From positions 99,138,001 to 99,202,000 of the forward strand of contig JANJGN010000021.1 in NCBI GenBank assembly GCA_026770705.1: 64,000 nucleotides of DNA, given 5' to 3'. Origin of the DNA: Isurus oxyrinchus (lineage: Eukaryota). Under the pieces are notes generated by a model that did not search any database, was not told the origin of the DNA, and saw nothing but the letters and a program-made list of their open reading frames with translations. The translations under genes and the position numbers were made by a program. Positions 49,894-59,540 of the stretch are shown here, one piece after another; position 1 is the first letter of the stretch, and each line of letters starts with the position of its first letter.

Positions 49894-49974
49894 TTGCAGC
49901 ACTAGTTCTCCAAACACCCAGGGTAATTCTCTAGGGCCCTGAATTCAAATCCCACCATAACAGATAACCATAAC

Positions 49975-50160
49975 GCTGTCTCACCCTCTCAGACACTGTT
50001 AAATCCTGTCAGGCTAATTTCACTGCCCTTCTGACCGTGTCTCACCCTCACAGACACTGTTAAAACCTGTCAGACTAATTTCACTGCCCTCCTGACCCTG
50101 TCTCACCCTCCCAGACACTGTTAAAACCTGTCAGACTAATTTCACTGCCCTCCTGACCCT
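49975..50160. repeat. ~62-bp tandem repeat x3
   Basis: TCTCACCCTC.CAGACACTGTTAAA.CCTGTCAG.CTAATTTCACTGCCCT repeated. Confidence 0.9.
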
Positions 50161-50221
50161 GAACTGATTGCCCTGTTTCTGTCCATTCCTTACCTCGTGG
50201 GTTTACTGTGTTCCACTGCAG

Positions 50222-50810
50222 GACGTTCCCAGAGCCTCGTTGATGAATAACTGGATTAGCCTGTTCTAGTGTGAACACGGACATCATCGTCCAAGCTTCC
50301 ATATCACAGCAGACACACATAATCACAGCTCATTGTTTACACTGAGTGCTTTGATGAGGGAGATCTATTTATCCTGGGAATCTGCTTCCACAGATTGAAC
50401 AGTGGATCCTGGATCCACCAGGTTCGGATCCTGATTGTTCAAGTGAGACTTTCTCAAGTAGCGTTTCCATTCAGTATCCACATTGTGACGGCTCTCACAG
50501 TCGAAGGGAACTTCAGGGATGATTTTCCTTCACACTCGCTTATCTTCAACAACTTGTTCAGGTTGAGTGATTAACCTGAACAGAGTTAATGTCGTGAGGG
50601 AACTGAGAGAAACACATTTTATATTGATAAAAGCTGATCTATTTTGCACTTTCTGTTATGTCAGATTTATGCTGTTATATAATGTACATTTGTAAATTTT
50701 ACAACTAAAAACTATTTACAGAGATAAAACACATTTATATCTTCAAAGTTTCACTACAAATGCTGATAATTGTGGTTTGTTGTCAATAAATAATTGTCAG
50801 TAGTTGACTT
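50222..50810 (+). other. Candidate gene B terminal exon / 3'UTR with polyA signal (option 2)
   Basis: ttccactgcag acceptor; phase 1 gives RRSQSLVDE*; AU-rich tract, AATAAA at 50785-50790. Confidence 0.4.
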
Positions 50811-50974
50811 GTCTAAATTCTTCTTTACTGATTTCATAAGGAAGGTTTAATTCATTCACTCAGCAGCTTGTGGGTCTTGGAATGGCCAGTTGTTGAGGTT
50901 CAGTTTAATGTGAATGGAGTGAGTTCATACCAAATGTCAGCATCATTCACTGCTTTCCATCAGCATTTATTCAC

Positions 50975-51274
50975 TTGTTTACAGACAAGAAGATGACAGA
51001 GAAAAAGACAGACGAGAGGAAGACGTGTCATAACTTTAGTGAATCAAACTTCAACACATTTGCCAGTGAGGTGGAGCTGAAGTGTCTCCAGCATCTCAGT
51101 AATGAGAAGTGTGGGTTACCGAGTAAAGTTAGTGTCTTGGTGTGGAAGGAGGTGACAGAGAGTGTGACTGCTAACTGCACTGTTCCATGGTCTGCACAGC
51201 AATGTCGAAACGAATGGAATGAGTTCACACAATCTGACAGGGTTTGTAGAGTTCTTGCAGTTTTTATCATTTAA
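50975..51274 (+). mobile_element. Myb/SANT-like domain ORF, probably Harbinger-derived
   Basis: NFSESNFNTFASEVE...VWKEVTESVTA...WSAQQCRNEWNEF. Confidence 0.55.
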
Positions 51275-51398
51275 ATGTCCATTGAAGATTTAATGAATAA
51301 TGAAGTGAAGATCCTGTTAATGGGTTTATGGGTTGGTCAGGGGTAGATGATGTCAAGTGGTGGTAAAATGCAGTTGCCATTGGAGACACACTCACTGA

Positions 51399-53800
51399 GG
51401 GCAGAACATCCCAGATTTGACACTAGGTGCAGTAGCGGGTGGGAAAAGGACGTTTTACCCACTGGAAGCAATGGTGGCTTTTCACACTGTATCGTCCCAA
51501 TCCTGCCTCATTAATTATGTATTCCCGGGAAACAGGCCGTTTGGATGGTGGGGGGGGGGGGGGGGGGGGGGTTCTCATTTGCCCGCCATGCCATCACCTC
51601 GCTGCTTCATCACAATGGGCACCATATTTAAAGTGCAGCCGCGTGCACAGCTGTTCATGCTTCCAGCCCAGGACTGCTGCACAAGACATGACCCCGAAAG
51701 GCAAGAAGACAGCAGCCGCCTGGTTTAATGACACGTCCTTCAAGCACCTTTTGTACACAGTGCAGGCCCACTGTGATGTCCCCTAGCCCCGCTCTGGCTG
51801 CAGGAGGTTCAGCAAGATCAGTAATCCAGCTTGGTAGGTGATGGCAGTGGTGGGCAGCGCCAATGCCCTGTCAAAGAGGGCAGACAGCCAGTATCACTAC
51901 AGGGCAAATTGTCTCATTCGTTCTGCCAAGGTAATTCACTCTCCCCATCACTCTCAACTCTCACACTCACAAACCCATCACACATCCACAGGGATTTCAC
52001 ACCTCAAGGGACAACGCCACTAACTCTGACACACACCCTCACATCCCCATCAGGCTCATACCCTCTTGAGCTCATGTGCTCCACTCACCACACAAACATT
52101 CTACGCAGTGCCATGCATCCTGTTCACACACTCTCCATCTGTTTTTAAGCAGGAGAAGCTAGCTCATAGCAGGGAGAGGCCCTAGACTGGGGGAGGAGTG
52201 GCCCACATTAGGCCCCTCACTCACTTTGAGGAGTGTGTCATCACGCTGGCTGGTGAGAAAGTGGACCCTGCCTGTGGTGACAGTGAGGCCAGAGGCGAAC
52301 ACCCTCCATGTGGATCCTACACCACATCATCCTCTCTCAACACAACTGTGAGAGCTCTCTCTCTCTCTCCTGCTTTTCACTCTGCTGCCATGCACTAACT
52401 ATCTCTACTTTGGTTCACAGGGAGCTCTGCCCAGTGACCGACACCCTCAGCCAGCCAGTCCCTCAGCTCCATCCAGGTCCTCACCTCTAGCCAAGAGGAC
52501 ACTCCTCTATTGAAGAGCTGGAAATAAGCAGCCTGGATGACCCATCACAGCGCTTACCCACACGCTGCACCAGCACAGAGACACACACCTCGGTGGGACC
52601 CAGATCTAGAGCAGGTTCAGGTTCACATTCTGGTGGTCACCACACGGACATGTGTCTGCAGCAGGAGGAGGCAGGTTCAGCCAAGCTCCCCGGCACTCAG
52701 AGGACTGCTGGGGGAGAGGCATCTGTGAGGCCCGAGTCAGATGATGAACCTGTGGATTTGGCCTTCCAACTCATCGTGGAGAGTCAGCAGAAGGCGTGGG
52801 AACATCATGCAGAGCTGTTGGAAGCCCTCAACAAAGTGGCACACGAGTCGGAGGAGTGCGTCTACCTGCTCTCTGATGAAGTGGTGCCCACATGTGCGCA
52901 TATGGAGGCCTCCATGGGGAGTTTGGCAGACCCTGGTCCATCAAGAGATTGTGCTGACCTGCCATCCTTGGGGGAGCCATGGGTGAGTTCCTGCAGTGGC
53001 AACACGAGAGGGAAATGGGGCACCATGAGGTCCCGCCAGGTGCTCCTTCCCCTCCAGGAACCAGGCCGGGGCCCTCAGACACCCAAACGGAGGAGGAGCA
53101 GCAGCTGGACACCCCAGGACATCCATCCAGGGATCTCAGAGGCTGTCCTCTCCCTCCGAGTCTCCTTTGCCTGTGAGGTCTTCAACCTCGTCCTCTGTCA
53201 CTGCACAGGGAGCAGCAGGTCCACAGGAGGACAGCCAGAGCAAGCCCAGGCCCTCAATGCCTCGGCTCTCCAGAGGACCCACACTGAAGGCATCAGAGGC
53301 CACAGGGCCGACCATTGCCACAGGCTGTCTCCACCCCTGCTGCGGATGTCAGGGCAGCACCTAGAAGTCTAAGGCATTCAAAAGTTAAGCAATTCTGATC
53401 GCAGCTGGTTGTACGGGGTGAACACAATTTGTCACTTTACAATCTGAAAATATATTCATTTTCACTGTGTAATGTGTAATGGTGTCTTTAAGCTTCACTG
53501 ACAGGCTTCCCGAGTCCTCCCACTGCATCCCACGCCCCCTGCCCCTCACCCACCCCCACTAACAGTTCAGCTGCACACAGCCGGACGGTGAGTGATTCTG
53601 GAGGGAGAAGTGTGTGTGTGACAGGGCCTTTCAGAGCCTCGTGCAAACTCTCTCTCACACACACGGATCCTTCGTCCATCACACTTACTGTCCCGAGCAT
53701 TTTCAATGCTGCTGCTGGGGTTCTCTCTCAGGTGTCCATCTGAGCCGACCTGTATCTCCGCCCACCCACTGACCACACTCCCATACAGCACCTGATCTCA
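51399..53800 (+). mobile_element. Harbinger-type element with decayed Myb-like gene
   Basis: Starts GGGCAGAA like 7363; MTPKGKKTAAAWFNDTSFKHLL...VVGSANALSKR; right end not identified. Confidence 0.55.
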
Positions 53801-54274
53801 CCCATCACCACTCTGGTTTCACTTTCGCTTTAGCCAGCACGGTGCTGCTACAGTTTTTCCTTTGCTCTTCTGTCCTTTCCCCTCCCATTTCCTTTCCTCC
53901 ATCACTGTCAACCCTCTGGCATCACTTTCCTCCTCTCCTCCGTGACGTACCAGCCACAACCCTTTTCCTTCGGGAATGTCCAGGTGAACGTGCATGTTCC
54001 CTTCCTTCCCAAAAATCCTACCCCCATCCACATTCACCCCCCTGACCTCCTCCTTCCCACCCCCAGGGTCAGTGTTTGCCTCTGGATCCCTACCAACCTC
54101 CCTCGCTTTTCCCCTTCTACACAACCGTCGAACCCTCACCCACCCACCCTACTGCCTCACTCTGGCCTCGGTCACTCTCACCATTCCCTCATATCACACC
54201 TACCCTCAGTTCACTGCCCAGGAGGCCATCACGGACTTATCAGAGTTCTCTCTTGCACATTCACCTGGACATTC

Positions 54275-54545
54275 CCCTCTCCGAACTTCATCCCCTCTCT
54301 GCTCTCCTTCCTCTTCCTGCACTCCATCCCCCCTCTGAACTTCATCCCCTCTCTGCTCTCCTTCCTCTCCCCGCACTCCATCCCCCCTCTGAACTTCATC
54401 CCCTCTCTGCTCTCCTTCCTCTCCCTGCACTCCATTCCCCCTCCGAACTCCATCCTCTCTCTGCTCTCCTTCCTCTCCCCACACTCCATTCCCCCTCCGA
54501 ACTCCATCCCCTCTCTGTGCTCCTTCCTCTCCCCGCACTCCTTCA
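54275..54545. repeat. 54-bp tandem repeat x5
   Basis: CCCCTCTGAACTTCATCCCCTCTCTGCTCTCCTTCCTCTCCCCGCACTCCAT units. Confidence 0.92.
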
Positions 54546-55447
54546 CTTCTCTCGACTCCTCCCTCACTCTGAACTCCCTCCCTTTCACCTTCCACCTCCT
54601 TTATACCGGCCTCCCCAGTTGCTGTCTTCTCTGTTACACCTCATCACCCCCGTAACCCCTCCCCCTCCCAAACTCCCCCCCCCCCCCCCACCGACATCTT
54701 CATTTCCCCCCCTCCCAACTTCACCTCCCGACACCTTCATTCACCTCCATAACTTCACCCCCCCAACACCTCTTCCTCTCCCAGTCAATCCTAGACCTTC
54801 CGGTCCATCTCCTTCTCCCAAACACAGCTGAACCTGCCTTTCCACCCCCTCGACCATCATCTGTTGTGATCAGACCGTCAACAGTGACTTTCCACCTTCT
54901 GTGAGCTGCTTCACGGTGGATCCATGTCCATGAGAATCCACCCAGCTTCCCATGGACGTTCCTCCAGGATCCTGCTGAAATATGACTCATTAACATAAAT
55001 GTTATGAAATGTTTTAGACCAATTTTCTGAGGTTTACATTGTTCAACACTGATTACCTCGAAGGTCTTGCAATGGGGATTTGCTGTTAAAATAAAATGTC
55101 ACTTGTTTCACTCTCCATCTACACTGATCTTTGGTCTGATTTCCTGGGGGAGGGAGAGGGATTTTCTCCCTCCCAATGTCCAAATGTATCAGCCCCCAGC
55201 TGCTCTCCAGCTGCCCCGACAGCTGCAGTCGGAGTTTCCTCAGCTTCTCCGTGAGGCCTGGATCCAGTCACATCCATGTTTTGAAGTCAGATTAATCTTG
55301 GAATCTTTTAAATTACACCAGAGACCTTATGAGAAAAATTATTTCAGCTTTCAAGATCCTTTGAAAATCAGGACTTTTGAAAAAAATGAAACGTGCAGAA
55401 AATGTAAATGTGTTTCATTCCCAACAATCTGTCCCTCAGTCACTTAC

Positions 55448-55480
55448 TCTGAACTGTTGTGTAGTTCACACTTGGTGAAT
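55448..55480 (-). pseudogene. Gene C cytoplasmic exon
   Basis: DSPSVNYTTVQ with intact ag/gtaagt; flanks mirror 44480-44900. Confidence 0.85.
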
Positions 55481-55977
55481 CTGCAGAAGCAAAATAAATG
55501 TCAGTTAGAATGGGGAATAATCCATTATCAGAGAGTGAGAACAGAACAAGTATGAGGGAATGGAGATTGTGTAAGAAATACTCATTCCCATACTCCCCTC
55601 CATCCTTACACTTTATGGAGATCCTGTCGATCTGTTTCATTCCATCGATATTCAGTAGGTGAGGATGTGAGTGTGTGTGGTGGATTTAATGATCAATATT
55701 AGACCTGGTCTGGGCCAGTCACACAAAGGGAGGTCGGACAGGGAACAAGACGTGTTTATACGTGTGTATCTGTGTGTGGGAATTAAATCAGTTCCATTCA
55801 ACACAGTGTCCTGTTCTCCCAGTACTGGAGATTCCCCCACACTCACTCTGTCCCTTCAGTTCCACATTCCCCTCCCTCTCACTCTCCCCTCTCAGTGTCC
55901 TGTACTCCCAGTACTGGAGATTCCCCCACACTCACTCTGTCCCCTCAGTTTTACATTCCCCTCTCTTGGATTCTTAC

Positions 55978-56094
55978 CTCTCCGTTGCCTTTTCCAAATG
56001 AACATTCCAATTATCCCTAATATAAAAATTCCAGCTATCACTAATCCTGTTACAATTCCAAGAATTAGAAGATCTCCACTGTTTTCCAGAATTT
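55978..56094 (-). pseudogene. Gene C TM exon
   Basis: EILENSGDLLILGIVTGLVIAGIFILGIIGMFIWKRQRR; 117 bp as in B. Confidence 0.88.
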
Positions 56095-56173
56095 CTGAAA
56101 CACATTTGAATAATATCAGGATTGTCTCTCTGTTCCCAAATCCATTCCGAGGTCTGACCGGGGACATTGGCAG

Positions 56174-56353
56174 GATGAGTCTCATCGTGGTTGGGTCGAA
56201 CCCCTGAGGATAGTGTCTCAGACATTACCTCTCCATTCCTTAGCCAGCTCACCTCGATGTCTACAGGATAAAACCCAGTAACCAGGCAGGAGAGAGTGAG
56301 CAGCTTGTACTGACTATTGGGGTCACTTCTGGAGATGAACACTTCAGGCTGAA
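56174..56353 (-). pseudogene. Gene C alpha3 exon, 3'-truncated
   Basis: VQPEVF...SCLVTGFYP...PNHDETH then joins intron 4 sequence; second Cys and donor lost. Confidence 0.92.
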
Positions 56354-56461
56354 CTGTAATGGGAAAGGGTGAAAACACAAACAGTAGACAGACACTGAAT
56401 GGAATGGGAGAACGCTTTCATAGACCAGTGAAGTTAGATCAGAACATGGGATTAAAATGAT

Positions 56462-56737
56462 CTTTTCTTTCAAAATGCTCCTTTCCAGCTTCAAAATATC
56501 TTTTTAAATTCTGAAAACCTATTTCTTCTATATTCCATTTCCAATATTTGTTCCAGGATTCATTGGAATTCCATTTCTCCTTAGTCTTCACTTCAATGTG
56601 ATTGGTTGTGACCCATCTCATTCTGCCTGGCTCTAAACTAATATAGTCCTTTCCATCAAATCCAAACCGCATCGTTCTCTTTATGGAGCCTTCTTCAGTG
56701 ATCTCAACAATTTTTATCCATTGGAAAATGTGGATTC
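56462..56737 (-). pseudogene. Gene C alpha2 exon (no Cys; donor GT deleted)
   Basis: GIHIFQWIKIVEITEEGSIKRTMRFGFDGKDYISL...TKEKWN...YWKWNIEEIGFQNLKRYFEAGKEHFERK; AAAG|atcatt instead of AAAG|gtattt. Confidence 0.92.
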
Positions 56738-56787
56738 CTGTCAGAGAGCAAATGATGATGAATAATCAGTGGACTGGAGGATTGTAA

Positions 56788-58955
56788 TAAAAACAAAAAA
56801 CTGTGGATGCTGGAAATCCAAAACAAATACAGAATTACTGGAAAAACTCAGCAGGTCTGGCAGCATCGGCGGAGAAAACAAAGTTGACGTTTCGAGTCCT
56901 CATGACCCTTCAACAGAACTAAGTAAAAATAGGAGAGGAGTGAAATATAAGCTGGTTTAAGGTGGGGGGGGTGGGGCGGTGGTGGTGGGGGGAGAAGGGG
57001 GGTGGAGGTGGTTGTAGGGACAAGCAAGCAGTGATAGGAGCAGATAACCAAAAGAAGTCACAGACAAAAGAACAAAGAGGTGTTGAAGGTGGTGATATTA
57101 TCTAAAAGAATGTGCTAATTAAGAATGGATGGCTGGACACGCAAGGTACAGATAGCTCTAGGGAGGGTGGGGTGAAATAAGACTAAAAGGGCATAAAAGG
57201 TATAGATTTAAAAATAATGGAAATACGTGGGAAAAGAAAAATCTATATAAATTATTGGAAAAAAACAAAAGGAAGGGGGAAACAGAAAGGGGGTGGGGAT
57301 GGAGGAGGGAGTTCAAGCTCTAAAGTTATTGAACTCAATATTCAGACCAGAAGGCTGTAAAGTGTTTAGTCAGAAGATGAGGTGCTGTTCCTCCAGTTTG
57401 CGTTGAGCTTCACTGGAACAATGCAACAAGCCAAGGACAGACATGTGGGCAAGAGAGCAGGGTGGAGTGTTAAAATGGCAAGCAACAAGGAGGTCTGGGT
57501 CATTCTTGCGGACAGACTGAAGGTGTTCTGCAAAGTGTCACCCAGTCTGCATTTGGTCTCTCCAATGTAGAGGAAACCGCATTGGGAGCAATGAATACAG
57601 TAGACTAAGTTGGGGGAAATGCAAGTGAAATGCTGCTTCACTTGAAAGGAGTGTTTGGGCCCTTGGACGGTGGGGAGAGAGGAAGTGAAGGGGCAGGTGT
57701 TACATATTTTGCGTATGCATGGGGAGGTGCCGTAGATGGGAGTTGAGGAGTAGGAGGTGATGTAAGATTGGACCAGGGTGTCATGGAGGAAACAATCCCT
57801 ACGGAAAGCTACCGGGGGGTGAAGGGAAGATATGTTTGGTGGTGGCATCATGCTGGAGTTGGCGGAAATGGTGGAGGATGATCCTTTGAATGCGGAGGCT
57901 GGTGGAGTGATAAGTGAGGACAAGGGGGACCCTATCATGGTTCTGGGAGGGAGGAGAAGGCATGAGGGCGGATGTGTGGGAGATGGGCCGGACACGGTTG
58001 AGAGCCCTGTCAACCACCGTGGGTGGAAAACCTCAGTTAATGAAGAAGAAGGACATGTCAGAGGAACTGTTTTTGAAGGTAGCATCATCAGAACAGATGC
58101 GACGGAGGCGAAGGAACTGAGAGAATGGGATGGAGTCCTTACAGGAAGCGGGGTGTGAGGAGCTGTAGTTGAGGTAGCTGTGGGAGTCGGTGGGTTTGTA
58201 ATGGATACTGGTGGACAGTCTTATCACCAGAAATTAAGACAGAGAGGTCAAGGAAAAGAAGGGAAGTGTCAGAGATGGACCACGTGAAAATGATGGAGGG
58301 GTGGAGATTGGAAGCAAAATTAATAAATTTTTCCAGGTCCCGACAAGAGCATGAAGCTGCACCGAAGTAATCATCGATGTACCGGAGAAAGAGTTGTGGG
58401 AGGGGGCCGGAGTAGGACTGGAACAAGGAATGTTCCACATACCCCATAAAGAGACAGGCATAGCTGGGGCCCATGCGGGTACCCATAGCCACACCTTTTA
58501 TTTGGAGGAAGTGAGAGGAGTTAAAGGAGAAATTGTTCAGTGTGAGAACAAGTTCAGCCAGACGGAGGAGAGTAGTGGTGGATGGGGATTGTTCGGGCCT
58601 CTGTTCGAGGAAGAAGCTAAGGGCCCTCAGACCATCCTGGTGGGGGATGGAGGTGTAGAGGGATTGGACGTCCATGGTGAAGAGGAAGCGGTTGGGGCCA
58701 GGGAACTGGAAATTGTTGATGTGATGTAAGGTGTCAGAGGAATCACGGATGTAGGTGGGAAGGGACTGGACAAGGGGAGAGAGAAGGGAGTCAAGATAAC
58801 GAGAAATGAGTTCCGCGGGGCAGGAGCAAGCTGAGACGATCGGTCTGCTGGGACAGTCCTGTTTGTGGATTTTGGGCAGGAGATAGAAGCGGGCCGTCCG
58901 AGGTTGGGCGACTATCAGGTCGGAAGCTGTGGGAGGAACATCTCCAGACTGGAGG
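56788..58955 (-). mobile_element. Penelope-like element (RT + GIY-YIG + pLTR with hammerhead at 56882-56920)
   Basis: ORF 58139..59056 MDVQSLYTSI...GVAMG...RYIDD; VYCIHCSQCGFLYIGET; reverse complement CTGTTGA...GAAACGTC. Confidence 0.93.
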
Positions 58956-59159
58956 ATTGTAATTGTTACATTGAGATTAAAGCAAAATACTGCGGATGGT
59001 GGAAATCTGAAATAGAAACAGAAAATGCTGGAAATACTCAGCAGCTCAGGCAGCATCTATGCAGAAGGAAACGGAGTTTACATTCCGGTTGGTGACCTGT
59101 CATCAGTTCTGAAACATTGGACGAATTCATCGCGAGGAGCCAGGTCCTGCTTGTGGAGA

Positions 59160-59540
59160 ACAAAACAAAAATAAAAATACCTGGAAAAACTCAGCAGGTC
59201 TGGCAGCATCTGCAGTGAGGAACACAGTTAACATTTTGAGTCCATATGACTCTTCAACAGAACTAAGTAAAAATAGAAAAGAAGTGAAATATAAGCTGGT
59301 TTAAGGGGGTGGGGGTGGGGAGGTGGGGGTGGGACAGGTAGAGCAGGATAGAGGGCCAGTGATAGGTGGAGATAACCAAAAGATGTCATAGACAAAAGGA
59401 CAAAGAGGTGTTGAAGGTGGTGATATTATTTAAGAAATGTGCTAATAAGTGACATTAAGAGTAGAAAGCAGGACGAGCAAGGTACAGATAGCCCTAGTGG
59501 GGGTGGGGTGGGGGAATCGAAATAGGCTAAAAGGTAGACA
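59160..59540 (-). mobile_element. PLE terminal fragment with decayed hammerhead (59226-59264)
   Basis: Copy of 22830-23190; GAAA mutated to AAAA. Confidence 0.8.
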
